Notes under the pieces: model-generated | Database searches by the model: none | Told to the model about the DNA's origin: nothing | Seen by the model: only the letters and a program-made list of their open reading frames with translations | Translations under genes and position numbers: made by a program | Shown: positions 11,142-23,495 of the stretch, one piece after another | Layout of the letters: the number at the start of each line of letters is the position of its first letter | Numbering within the stretch: position 1 is the first letter of the stretch | Source: Dimargaris cristalligena | Taxonomy: Eukaryota | Assembly (NCBI GenBank): GCA_003614675.1 | Contig: ML002365.1 | Location: forward strand, 1 to 37,922 | Direction: 5' to 3' | DNA: 37,922 nt

Positions 11142-12322
11142 GACTTTTTTTCTAGACTTACTTTAGAGCAATATATCTTTTTTTTTTACTAAAGCTTTCG
11201 AATAAACTAGTAGATGGTACACTGTATCTCTACGACAATAATATTGACAAACCTGTGTTTATCCGACTATCGTCTAATAATAATAAGTCTGTTTCTACTG
11301 GTCTGACAACTTGGGTGGTGGTAATTAAGGCCTCGGTATAGTCGGAGTATAGGTCGTCAACCCAGCTTGACCCTGTTTTTTCTATCGTGGCAAGGTCACC
11401 TAGTTGAAGCTGCATAATAATATTGCTATCCAACCACTCCTTTACAGGACTAACCTTAGTGACATGTGACTGTATAAATTAATAGAGTATCCGTTAATCG
11501 TTTCTCAAAGAATACTGACGCCATTTTTCTGGCCTTTGAATCTGGCCACATCAGGTATTAAATTGACCTGGCTATATAAGCAGAAGTTCGTATACCGAGT
11601 CTGACTTTACTGGCCGAAAATAGGTGCATCTTCAAAACCATTAAATAGAGGTATTCAAAATACGTTTCTAAATAGCAAAGGGGGCTGACCACGCACTCAG
11701 TCCTTAAAGTGGTTGCTAATGAGGGAATGTGGGTTATTGGAATGGAAACAGGGGGGGCTCTTGGTTTTATACTTGGAGCCTACCTAATAATCAATCGAGG
11801 GAGATGTGTTTTGGTGTTGTTTACATAGATTTCGAAGCTACACTTATATATAGTAGGGGCTGGATAATGGGTGAGGAAGAAATCTCCCATTGGACCAGGC
11901 AGAGGGAGCCAAAAGGCCTCATGACGGTCAAACTAATTACCAATCAGTCATTGAAGCTGTGTAATTCATACATATTGGGAAATCCCTGATACTCATGTGT
12001 TTCGGGGGCTTTCAGTGGGAAACGACTCGACGGGAGTAAATCGATTGTTTCTGGTTTGGTTAGGAAGCCCCGCTGTTCCGTTTCCCAGCTCCCGTTACTT
12101 TCATTTGCGATGAGTCAGTCCATTTTGATAATTACCCTCGGTCGGCTCGTAAAAGCAGAGTCGCCAAGGCTTACTGCAACATGGCACTCACTCTCTCTTT
12201 TTTATTCCGCTTCAACACCCACGACTTTCCACCCGTTACTCAATATGTGTTTGCGCATTGCACCACCCTTCCAACTACGTTGAATAAGTTTGTTACCCTC
12301 CCCATTCCCTCGTTTCACCACC

Positions 12323-14774
12323 ATGAATTCCGGCAGTGGGCCCGTCGCTGACAGTAGCCAGACCTTGAACGAAGTGTCGGTCGGCAACCATTTCGACACA
12401 GACACCCACACCATAATGCAGGAGGGTAAGTATAGTGTAACCCGCTTATTTGCGCAACGGTTACTTATGGAAGAATGGTGCATTATCTAACGAGTTATGC
12501 AATACCCTCATTAACGTATATTACCCGGTCCGTTGGTAACTTCATTTTACTCTAGAATTGACGGACTGCGTGTCCAAAAGATACAGCGCCGTTATTGAAG
12601 CGTATACCAATTGGCGCGATAACGAAAACTACGTGCGCCGGGTCCGAGGGCGGCCCGAAATCACACTGAAGGACCTTGCCTTCTTCCGCCTCCTATCCAA
12701 CGAAAAGCTGGACCCGTCCTACCAGACTATTTTGGAATACTTTATCTATAATCCCGACCATTTGCGAGACGCTTTTCACGGATTGGAGTCCAGCCCCCCC
12801 GGCAGTCTGTGGTCGTTGTATTTTGAATTGTGTACCCATCCGGCAATTCCCGCTTTTATCCAGCAGAGCCATTTCCGCGCCGCCTTTTCGGTCTCCGCCA
12901 TTACTTTGGAATGCATGTACGACATTCTCCATCCGTCCACCTTGGCCTCGCCGGCGCTGACCTTATTGATAGGCGGTATCCAGCAACTTATTTTGGATCA
13001 TTTCTGTTCGGGCCGTTCGGCATTCATTAATCCCCGGAAGGTTCTACGCGAGAGCCCCGACTGGCCCGTCCATGATCCCATCGAGCAGAAAATCCTGCTC
13101 AGCCGGTCCAGCGAGGAAATATACGCCAATCCCCGGATTCGGTATACCATCCTTCAGAATTTATCCTGCCATTTGCTATTTTTGGCCAACTTTTTCGATG
13201 GGTTTAAAGCCATGGTTGACGACTTTCCCTACTCTTTCCGGTGGATGGTCAAGCCATTCATCCGGCTGAATATAGTCACCGTACCCCGCGACGAATCTGT
13301 GCAGTACTTTAAGTTTATCTATGACTTGGTCGGCCTTATTCCTATGCACTTGTTTACGGTGGTGCTCGACAAGACCGTCGATTCCTCGCTGATGGACGAT
13401 TTTTTGGACCTTCTGGATATTGTATTTGGCACCCATGTGCGAGAGGTTCCGTATATGTTTCTGTTAAGCCCCTCCATTGACGCGGCTCGGCCGGTTCTCG
13501 TTGCCAAAGCCGTGGCGGCCCTGGATGCTTTCATCGACGTCCCCGATGCCCAAGTTCCCGTCGGACCTATCCCCGATGAGATTGTCGAAATGTTCCGGGG
13601 GGATTTTCCGTTTTCCTACCCTATCAGTGAATCACTTGAGATAATTATCGAGCAACTGCATAGCCTGGTACCGGAAGATAGGCAAAGTAGTTGTCCCTTC
13701 TACCTGTCCGCCGAATTGTGCCCCCACGACGTCAGCGATGTTGCCGATTCGTACATCGATGTGCCCATTTCTTGGAGTCACTACCTCGATACTACTTCCA
13801 CCTTGGGCTCTCCCAACTACACCTACACGTTTGATAGGACTCCAACCTTATCCATTGGCCTCGAGAACACCATCTTAAACCCATCTGACCCAAGTTACAG
13901 CCAACTTCCTGGTTATTTGAGTGACCCACTCATGATATTCCAGCGGATGGCATCCCACGCCAACCCACCGTCTGCTACACTTTTCCTGGACTTTAATGGC
14001 TCTGGGTCCACGGATGCCCCGAATTCGCTAGTCCATGATACGAATCGGACCTTGGCCCGGAATTCCCCCACCTCCCTGTTGGTCAAACAGCGGTATGATA
14101 TGTTTTGTGTGGGACCCTACCATTACCGTGATTTGTATGTCACACTACGCCTGTACCAGGGGGTCTTCGAGTGCGCATCCATCAATAGTTTCGTATCTCT
14201 TAATCAGGTCAACTCCCTTCTGCGTCTGCCCCCGTTACTCCGGCGGGTGTCCCCGGCGTTTGTACTGCGCTGGTCTACCGCCCGAGGATCACTCGACCAT
14301 TACACGCCTACATCCTTTGCGCGGCCCTTGGGCCATTCGGGGAATAAACCACCTAATTCGTGGCCGGACTTGTCGGTGATCAATCCCCTGGACCACCCGT
14401 GGGCCCGGTATCGCCTAGCCAAACTGGTCAAAACCGGGGTCATTGACATCAATAATGACGGTAATGATTCAGCGGTGCCCTACAACCACCAATCGCAGAG
14501 TATCACCTCTAAATACCCCCAAATCACCAACTACCCTTGTATTCATTTTAATAGTCTACGTCTCCTTGTGGTTTCCTTTGACCCAAGCTGCTATGTTTTG
14601 TACATTTACTGCTCCAAGAATTGCTTCGCCCCACAATCCAAGGTCCTGATGCTCGATAGTTTTGCCGGTCAATCCGATTGGACCTGGACCTGGGATCTCC
14701 TGGTTTTCGACATGATGAAATTACAACCATTTCTGAGCTGTGTTATGCAGCATACGTTTGTGGAGCAGCTTTGA
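12323..14774 (+). CDS. Hypothetical protein, two exons (12323-12425, 12556-14774), 773 aa
   Basis: ATG in good context (caccATG) at 12323; donor G|GTAAGT at 12426; acceptor ttcattttactctAG at 12555. The phase-1 junction G+AA gives Glu and runs in frame into the 738-codon ORF. No family recognised. Confidence 0.75.
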
Positions 14775-15991
14775 CCGGTTATATTTACTATTTGTATGTG
14801 TTTATTAATCAGATATTGTTTACCTATCTCGCCTATTTGGTTATAAATCGGCATTCTATGTTGTCGCAATGGTTAACCGCTCGAAGCTGCTTTCGGATCC
14901 ATTAGATTCGAACTTACTTTACTGGCGATGTTATTGACTGGGATTTGTTAGTACTGGGGGGGTATTCAATTTATATTGAACGTGCTTTGGCGTGGGGTAT
15001 TTAAAGGAGTGGGCAAATATACCAGACATTAGTTACTGGTTCCAAGGCGAAATTTTATGTCAGTCTTGGATAATGGGGGATGGTTATCGCCAAACATGAT
15101 ATTGGAGTAGGGTTAAAATAATCTAACGAGTTACCTATAATTGGATGCTTATTAGAGGCATCGAGTGCCCAGTGGAGTATCCGTGAACATTATCGCCTGT
15201 GTTAATACTGGCTGTCGAGCACCCAGAGAGTCAGCATCACTAGGCGATTAATTACCGTGGTCCCCGGAACTGACTGACGAACCCAGGGCCCCAATATTGG
15301 CTCGAACCATAGTCAAAGGGTAAGTAAACCTGTGAATTATTTGATGACTGTGCAACCAAAACCCCAACGAGATCACATTCGACATATATTATAATTTACA
15401 ATTGGCGGGCTAATTCATAAAGTTCGCTGCAATTGACCAAGGCCGTTCAATGTTTGGTTAGTTGAGGAAATGTATGCGATTTTGTAGTGGGGGATATAGC
15501 TGAATCGTAAACTGGATCAGTCCAAACCTAAATACAACTTTCGGAGCCTTTATATTAATGCCATAACATCTGTTTTCGTTTATCAAATATTCAATTTCCT
15601 TTTCGGCGCCTATTATCATACCTACCAAGGCTTCCAGGGCCAAACTCCTTAAACATTTAACTGCATTCCATGATATAACGAACCAACGGCACTATTTGTT
15701 AGCGTTCGGTTCAAATTCGCCATGCTTTACCACTGTAAGACCTTAGCGCATAATAGGTTTTATTAATAAACTATATTACCGTTGGTACTATGTATCCATA
15801 TTCACAACCAACTACACATGGGTCCCTGATTTCACGTCCCCAGGTTACCAGACTAAACACTCATAAATAAATAGGAATCAAGAAAAAAGCACGCCCTTGG
15901 TCGATATTCTCAGTGGAAACATTAACAATAGTTTAAGGTAGTAACACCGGTTAATAAATTCAAAAGGTATGATCAAAATAGTACTCCCTGC

Positions 15992-17781
15992 TTAGGCGCG
16001 CTTTTTACGAGGTGTAGTTCGGCCCAATGATTTAAGTCGAGAGTTAGTGGTCGAGGCGGATCTGGAAGTTAAATTAGATCCGAGGAGCCGGTAATTTAGA
16101 TACAGAAAGCTGAGGCCAAACAGGCCGCAGGAGAGCAGTACGTTGGCTACAATGTAGATGTGTGGGTAGCGGGCGGGTGGGGGCACTAGGGCATCCAACA
16201 AGTGGATACTCAGCATGGTGGTAAAGACGGCGTAGATTGCTCGGCGCAGAGGCACATTGGGGATGTTGAAGGGGAAGCCACCCAGCCAGTTCCAAAACAA
16301 AGTGCAGACAGCGTGGGACAGGACAATTTCATCGCGTTGGAGGAGAGTGTACATGCTGTGTATCGGAATCGAATAAAGCCAGGCAAAAAATACCGGGGAA
16401 GGGTATAAGCATATTGTTAAAACCGAAACATGGTCGTGGCTGGTGGTGGGGATCTTTCAGGGGCCTATCCAAAGGAGTGGCTAATGTGAGGATAAGTAGG
16501 GCGGTATGAAAGGATCTCTGGCCATCTTCCAAATTCCGGGACCAACCACCCAAAGTATACCTACCTAAATACAGCGACATTGACGAAGAAGAAAGCAAAT
16601 GTTCGTTCCCGGTCCATTAAAAGCGTGATAGGAAGTGCCGGGAGGAGGATGGATTTCTCGTGCACCTGGAAGGCGAATAAGAAGAAGGCCAGGGCCGAAA
16701 TGGCCAGCGCGTACAAGAAGCGGGGCAGCGTTGGGCGACGGGCGACGGCGTAGCAGGCGGGCAGTAGGGCTGCTAGCGTTACAGCGGCGCTTAATTTCAC
16801 CAGGGCCTCCTGCTTCCACACGTGACGGAGTTTTAGGACCACATTGGACGCACACCAAAAATTGGCCACTTTATCTTCGTAGAGGCCCCGATCTACGGGA
16901 AAGATCCGCTGTAGCACCTGGCTCAGCTGGGCCCAGGAACCTAGGAACGGGCCGAAGCAAATCGCGGTGGTCAGGGCAACGGTGAGACCCAGTTTGACGA
17001 AGAGTTGGATACCCCGGGGGCCCTGAAAGCACTTGCCCAATAAAAAGGCGAATACGGCGGGGGCGAAATAGAGGGCCATTTGCTTGAAGGCCAAGGCTAG
17101 GCAGAAACTAATGGCGCCCAGGATATAGAATTGGCGCTGGAAGGCCACCACAGTCCACAGAACCAGGCCCAGCATCACTGAGTTGTACTGGAAGTGGCCG
17201 TGGTCAATTAAAATGAGGGCAGGCTGCAGAAGAATCAGGAGCCAGAGGGTTTGCCGGTGGACCCACTGCACCGTGTCTGAAGCCGACTTCCCCGCCCGTA
17301 AAAATAAGTAGACAGCGGGAACGTAGACGATCAATTCGCAGACCAAGACGGTGGCGCGCATGAACACTTTGCTATCGGGGGTTTCGATCCCCCGCGACGT
17401 ATCCAGAGCCACCCAGGTCGGATCGATCCAGTGGGCGATAGCCCCACATAGCCAGGACAGGTAGGCGGAGAGCGGGGGATAGTCCAGTCGCCAGTAGGTT
17501 GGACTATAAAAATACCACTGGTCCACGGGGAGGTGGTACGTGAGTTCCATCCAGTGTCGCTGGGCCTCGTAATCGCCGTAGGTCGGCTGCACGCCCCGTC
17601 CCGAATAGCTCCCCAGGGCTACGGCCCACCGGACGTAAATGGCCAGACCAAGGGTGACGAGGCCGGCGGCGGTTGAAAAACCGGGGGCATGGGCGAAGGC
17701 GGTGGCGGCGTAGGTAAACCAGCGTCGGGTGGGCGAAGCGAAGGAATCGCCCAAGGCGGCTGGCTTGCTGGTAGAGCTCAT
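15992..17781 (-). CDS. ALG6: Dolichyl-P-Glc:Man9GlcNAc2-PP-dolichol alpha-1,3-glucosyltransferase (GT57), two exons (17781-16565, 16355-15992), 526 aa
   Basis: Family motifs YGDYEAQRHWMELT, YWRLDYPPLSAY, LILIDHGHFQYNSV, FKQMALY, RIFPVDRGLYEDKVANFWC, FQVHEKSILLP. Intron 16564-16356 (GTAGGT...CACAG) restores FSMYTLLQRD. C-terminal KKRA is a KKXX ER-retrieval signal. Confidence 0.95.
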
Positions 17782-18493
17782 GGTTAAAAACCGATGGGCC
17801 CTTGGTAAGAGTTATGGGTCAACACACCCCACGCACGCAAGGGTTTTAACTTAGAGATACAGTGGTTAGAACAACAATGGCAAATGGACGAATTAGTGGA
17901 AATACATTTACTTAAAATGGGAGAAAAAGGAAGCAGGAGTGTCCATCTAGAGAAACACAAATTCAGCGTACTTCAACCCAGGTATATTTCGTTCAGTGGC
18001 TTTATGAAGGAAGTCCAGCCTGGCTCTTCTCCCTATACTGCAAACATAGTTATTTACCAATGGCCAATCCCCCCAATTAAGTCATGGAAGTCCATAGCCA
18101 CCATTTCTTCGCTGGCTTCGCTTTTCAATAGTCACTCGGCACTTCAGGAGCTATCCCCTCCCGCGTTCATACCAGTTAGACGTCCATAAATTAATAGGCC
18201 AATATTTCCTATGTAGCTCAGTCCATTATAATGAAAATATCCCCAGGCTGACCAGTTGCATAAATTCAGTAAAAATAGCCTTAAACACCCATTTGGTACA
18301 TCCGCCTATTTCAAATTATCTACAAACACAAAGACTCTAAGCAGCTCTCTCTTCAGTACATTGCGGGTAAAAACACCATTGGATATAACTTTCCACTTAT
18401 AGAGAATAAAATCTTGACAGTCGATTAGTTTATTTAGGAAGAAACTAGATGCGGGAAATCTGCGTTACAAAAATAACTACCAAGTGCCATGTA

Positions 18494-20284
18494 TTACCAA
18501 CCCCCTACATAAGGAAAAACCTTGTATTCGTAAAGCAGTTCACCCTTGTCACCATAGTGAAACAGGTCGTAGCAATTTTGGCAGAAGAAACACGGGTTTT
18601 GCCCGCTGTAGAAGTCATCCGCGGTGACCAGGTCGGAGGGTGCATTGCGGCACATACGGCACCGGTGCCGTTTTTGGAAACAGCGGAAGCTCTGGCGGGG
18701 GTAAACGAGAGCGTTATTCGCATCGTGCAGCGGAATGGGCTTGCGTACATCGGTGATGACCAGCGTATGTTCACAGTCGCCCTGGTGCATGAACGTATAA
18801 GGGGTGAAGAGGTCTAAAGTTAAGTCGGCGAACCGGGTTTGGGACATGGGTTTAGTTTTCAAATTGGCGAACTTGGGATCAAACCGGCGGGCATCGGAGG
18901 CCTGCACCCAATCGATAATGGGTTGGCTATAGTCGATGGCGTCGGGATCCCGGTCGTCGGAGTAAAAGGTCTGGTTGATGAAAAAGAAGGAGGCACTAGT
19001 TTTCTTCGTGGCGGTGTTCGGGTTATCCTTCTTGCCCGAGTAGGGAGCGAAATCGGCCATGCAGAAGAGCGCGTCCCGCAGGACGGTGAGGTACTGTCGA
19101 CCTAGGACTTGGAATTCCTGTAGTTTGTTGGTACGACGGTTGCTGAGGTATACGGCGATGTTCAGCACCACTTCGTCATCAGCCAGGGGTTCTTCGCCGA
19201 GTAAAAGCTCCAGGTCGGAGATGGGCCGCCGGGCGGGTAATTTCTTTTGCCGCCGGACCGTTCGGGCAATGGATAAGGGGGTGATTTCCGACTTGGCCGC
19301 TTTGGAAAAGGCGTAGTTGATTTCGGGTTTCATGTAGCTGGGTAGGTCAATTTGGTTTTGGTCGTCGAGGCAGCTAAGGGAGGATCGGTCCATCATTTCG
19401 TAGAGTTCCTTGATTTGATCGTCAAACCGCGTCGGATGGGCTAAAGGACCGGTGCTGTCATTCTCGGGTGGAGTAGGGGGAGCGGCGGGAGTGGGGGTGG
19501 GAGCTTTGGTGGTTTTGGATAGGGATTGGTCTTGGACTTGGTGGACATTGGTGCTTGACCCAACAAGGTCGCTCCCGTTTCTACTGGTAGTGGCTGGGTG
19601 GGTCGGTTCCAGGTACATAATTCCGAAGGGACTTGGCGTGCCCATTAGTTTATCGGGTTCCGAAGAGCTTTCGGGGACTGAAGCTGGCTTCTCCGGTCGT
19701 GGGGTTGGGGGTAGAGGGGGTAGTGATTCGACATTGCTCATTTTGGTGCTGATGGCGAGCGGTCTCCGCCGGGGCGGGGCTTTACCCGCGGGATTTTCGT
19801 TGACAAAGCGAAACACGACTGGTACAGCGGACCGGACAGCCGCGGGCGTGCGTTTATTTCTTTTAGCCCGGGAGTTTCCGCCGGCCGACTCGTCGCTGGG
19901 TTCATCGGTAGACGGAGACGGCGGTTCGTTTTGTTTGCGGGATCGCTTGGCCGGGGGGTTGTTGGGTGGGGTGGCCTCCGGTGTCGCGGGAGAGGACACC
20001 TTGGGGTCATGCCGGGCCTTGAGACGTAGAAACACGGCGGGCTCCTCAAAACAGGTCGAGGGGAATTGGAACGAGTCGTCGAGTTGGCAGCGGGCTTCAA
20101 TGTCACGGAGGGCAGTGCCGCCCTCCCTGGGGCTAGAGGGCGTCCGTTTTTGGCGCAGCCACACCTCCCGCTTGGCCTTTATACGGGCCTGCTTCTCCGC
20201 ATAGGCTTGGGAGTCGGTAATGAAGTCCTTGACGGATACGGTCTGATAGGGCGGATTCAGCCGGCGGTAGGCTAACGATTCCAT
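18494..20284 (-). CDS. SNAPC3: snRNA-activating protein complex subunit 3 (SNAP50/PTF-beta), ~596 aa
   Basis: C-terminal SNAP50 signature QEFQVLGRQYLTVLRDALFC, SFFFINQTFYSD, YTFMHQGDCEHTLVITDVR, and zinc finger CRMC...PCFFCQNCYDLFHY. First ATG (MESLAYRR) at 20284; the upstream GTG start in the track is not used. Confidence 0.9.
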   Translation of the reverse strand: MESLAYRRLNPPYQTVSVKDFITDSQAYAEKQARIKAKREVWLRQKRTPSSPREGGTALRDIEARCQLDDSFQFPSTCFEEPAVFLRLKARHDPKVSSPATPEATPPNNPPAKRSRKQNEPPSPSTDEPSDESAGGNSRAKRNKRTPAAVRSAVPVVFRFVNENPAGKAPPRRRPLAISTKMSNVESLPPLPPTPRPEKPASVPESSSEPDKLMGTPSPFGIMYLEPTHPATTSRNGSDLVGSSTNVHQVQDQSLSKTTKAPTPTPAAPPTPPENDSTGPLAHPTRFDDQIKELYEMMDRSSLSCLDDQNQIDLPSYMKPEINYAFSKAAKSEITPLSIARTVRRQKKLPARRPISDLELLLGEEPLADDEVVLNIAVYLSNRRTNKLQEFQVLGRQYLTVLRDALFCMADFAPYSGKKDNPNTATKKTSASFFFINQTFYSDDRDPDAIDYSQPIIDWVQASDARRFDPKFANLKTKPMSQTRFADLTLDLFTPYTFMHQGDCEHTLVITDVRKPIPLHDANNALVYPRQSFRCFQKRHRCRMCRNAPSDLVTADDFYSGQNPCFFCQNCYDLFHYGDKGELLYEYKVFPYVGGW

Positions 20285-22076
20285 GTTGGGACAATCGACA
20301 AGGGAGGGGGGAGTATTATGGTGGATATACCAAGCAAGAATGGCTACCGAGTCGGCAAATGAGCGCGAAGAAGGCACTTCCCAAGAAGTAATGCTTATGA
20401 GGGGTCCGTTAATTAAATGAGTATGTTACAAAATGGAGACAAGTTTAGAAAAAGATGCATTGGAGATAAAGGGCACGTCCTTTGGGCATGAAGAATAAAT
20501 AAATACAAGAAAAGAGCATATAGGCGGTAGTGGTTGCTGAGTAGAATGAGTCCAATAAAAATCACCAAAATTAATGGTTGAGAATACACTTTATTTTCAA
20601 TGGCCCAGTCCAAGAAAAACGAACGGTGCGGCCTGCGGCAGGAAAAAAAAAGTGAAAGTCCCAATTGGGAGAAAAAATTGAGTACATTATTGGCCCACCG
20701 TCAGCCCAAAAGGACTTAGCTGCCACGTGGTCCAAGGGGACACAGGCCACTACTATATAAAAGGTGGCCAATTCCCTCACGCACGTAGCGAGACTGCTCT
20801 AGAGTAAAAATACCTTACTATATCGAGAGAAATACGTGTATAAATGGTACCGTAAGAAGGGCAGCAAAAACAGGCCGAATATGAAAGAGAAAATTCACAA
20901 TGGTCTTTTATCGGGCATATAATGTATAAACAAGTATGGAACAAAAGCAAGCCAGTGCTTTATTCAACTGGGTGGTCCGGCAGGTACTATAATCATGCTG
21001 ATGGAGGTGGAGTTGAAACGATGGGCTGTTGCCTAAATCATCCCCATACGATAGAGCTCCCAGGCACTATTGGGGAGCTAAAGAACCCTAAACTGAACAA
21101 TGCATGAGATATATCTAAACATTAGCGATATTTCCTCTCTCCATATATATACATACATATGAGTGAAATTCGGACCAACTGTATAAAATTTCTTCCTTAT
21201 TGGTATGACGAAATAGGCGGGTGATTAGATTATAACTAGTAATATGTGCCTTATCCAACAGAATTATCGGTATACAATCTAGTTGAACCTCTCCTATATA
21301 TTTAATATGAAATGGAAACCGAGTGGCAAGAGTCTGACTAGCCGCACGATATTCTAATTCGGTATCGACTTAAAGACCCGTTTATGTTTACACGAGGGAA
21401 GGGGGGCTTTTCCGGGTTAAAGCCAACGCGCTTTAGAGAACCCCGTATCTACCAACATAGTCACGAAAGTCACATTAGCTGCCACGTATCGTGAACTTGA
21501 ATAGTATTTATCGATTAGTGGCCACACTCATCACAGGCTTCTACCCGAAGTCCTGCTAAATACAAGTCCAGGACATATTTTAATGCTATGATTCCAAAAC
21601 CGAGAACCCCTTCAGCCCCACCTAGAGGCCATACTTATCAAAGCCACCTATACTGGCCCACATAATATAGGGTCCACCCAATTAGACAAGACCGATCAGG
21701 CAATGTAAATGGCTTAATCATTTGGTACTTGGATTATATATACTGTAGTATAGGTCAAAAAATAACAGCCTATGGCCAACATTTATTCACTGACGACGGA
21801 TCAGCCTGGTATATATTCACAGGTATGATGGATATACAAAATTACATAGCAATATATGGTAAAGAGAAAGAGAAATATGATGTAAAACCACTGGCCTAAA
21901 TATAGGACGAGGGATGCCTAGTGAAATAATAAGTATATATATTATGCTACGCATGGAAAGAGCGGTAGATTAAGGGGAGAGGGCCCGTTGCTCTGAAAAC
22001 CGATACAATAAATAATTAACAGAGAAAAATCACCAAACCCGCCGAAAGGGATCGGCTCGTACTATTACCCAAGAAC

Positions 22077-23261
22077 TTAAACACAAGTGTAATCGTGGTC
22101 GGACTCCACGGGAGAGGGGTGGTCCACTACGCTCACTACATGATCTACTTGGGTGCCTTGTTTTAGGTGGGCTGTCCGACCCGCATCGACGGCATTGTCG
22201 AACAAACCGGTGGTCTTGGGGCCCATGTCCAGAGTGTGGATAAGGTGGGCCTTTTCCACCGCCCCGCCGGTGTTGGTGAAATCCGAGAAAGTCGACAGGG
22301 TATCCTTACCCGAGACGGTGTGGGTATCGTAGGTCGGGATTTGGGAGCTCTTCTTGTCGGAGAACCGGCGCCAGAAACTGCTTAGACCCACGGTAGGGTC
22401 CTTGTAGGCAGCTAGCATGACGGGATGGAACAGGAAAATGCACAGACAGAAAACCCCGTCAATCTCCAAACTCATGCGGGTATAAAGGTTGAAGTTCCAG
22501 GGCCAGTCAGCATCAGTGTAGGACAGGAACCACGGGGACAGGGCGGAGGGCATATAGGCAATTAGCTGGGTGATGGGATAGGCCATAATCAGGCGGGTGT
22601 TACGAATCAGAGCCGGGGAGTAGGCCGGTGAGACACCGTTCCGAGCGAACTTGCCGATGCCCGCTTGGGAGCCGAAAACCTTGATACAAATCATGATGGT
22701 CATGACCAGAATATAACACATGCCCAAGACCAGCCACACCGAATTCCAGATTTGAAAAATCTTGGTCCAGGTCCTGCCAACGGCCTGGATGGTCACGCCG
22801 CCGAGTTCGCCGTACCGGACGTCGGGGGTGATGAGGGACCACATGGAAAGCAAAAATGCAATCAGGGTGGCCAGGGCGGGGTACCACTGGCGAATCCGGG
22901 CCTGCCGCGGTAACCGATGGAAGAAGACCAGTTGCAGGTCTAGCATAATCATAGCGGTGAAGAAAATAGACCACAGCGGCTGGAAAATAGTCAGCCAAAG
23001 ATTAAAGCGGGCATTGGCGTTCGTTTCCGGAAATGTCACTGCGATTATATCAGACCCGAGAAAATCGTATAAGCTACCCAGTAGAATGGACATGGCTATA
23101 TAGAAGCTGAGCACAAACGAAGGCGATTCTTTGCTAACGGAGTTGTGGTAGCGGACCCACAGGTTCAGGCCCATAACGACCAGGCAACATACGGTCGAGA
23201 TTAAGGCAATGACGGTAATTGCCATCGTAAAGGCTTCGGTTTCGCCGTATACCCCAGCCAT
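22077..23261 (-). CDS. Seven-transmembrane GPCR-like protein (cAMP-receptor-like/Git3-like fungal class), 394 aa
   Basis: Seven hydrophobic segments, short N-terminus, SPSFVLSFYIAMS after TM1, WSIFFTAMIMLDLQLVF (TM3), RLIMAYP (TM6), GVFCLCIFLFHP (TM7), Ser/Thr-rich cytoplasmic tail. Confidence 0.8.
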   Translation of the reverse strand: MAGVYGETEAFTMAITVIALISTVCCLVVMGLNLWVRYHNSVSKESPSFVLSFYIAMSILLGSLYDFLGSDIIAVTFPETNANARFNLWLTIFQPLWSIFFTAMIMLDLQLVFFHRLPRQARIRQWYPALATLIAFLLSMWSLITPDVRYGELGGVTIQAVGRTWTKIFQIWNSVWLVLGMCYILVMTIMICIKVFGSQAGIGKFARNGVSPAYSPALIRNTRLIMAYPITQLIAYMPSALSPWFLSYTDADWPWNFNLYTRMSLEIDGVFCLCIFLFHPVMLAAYKDPTVGLSSFWRRFSDKKSSQIPTYDTHTVSGKDTLSTFSDFTNTGGAVEKAHLIHTLDMGPKTTGLFDNAVDAGRTAHLKQGTQVDHVVSVVDHPSPVESDHDYTCV

Positions 23262-23489
23262 CCTTAACCGCAGGAATGATATAGATATGGGCGGGCGTTA
23301 GGGGGCTACCATACAATGGGAAAATGCACCCAATGTAACAAAGATGTATACTTTGGAGTAGAATTAAACAGGGAAACTGTATAGTATGAACAATCGATCG
23401 AAATATTAACTGAGTAGGAGGGGGGATGGTCAGTGGAAATGAGTGAGGCGGGAATGTGGTACAACAGTGGGGCAGCCGGGTGGGTGCAC

Positions 23490-23495
23490 TTTATA
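23490..23495 (-). promoter_or_regulatory. Putative TATA box of the GPCR-like gene
   Basis: TATAAA(G) on the minus strand ~230 bp upstream of ATG 23261. Confidence 0.4.

Noticed and set aside
15700..15722. GGTTCAAAT B-box-like motif (also GGTTCGACT near 25553)
   Set aside because: No A box or cloverleaf around either site, so not tRNA genes.
19452..20204. 250-aa antisense ORF over SNAPC3, and similar overlapping ORFs inside the C2+PH, ALG6, GPCR, GT15 and ISWI genes
   Set aside because: Shadow ORFs expected from GC-rich codon usage of the real genes; no independent motifs.
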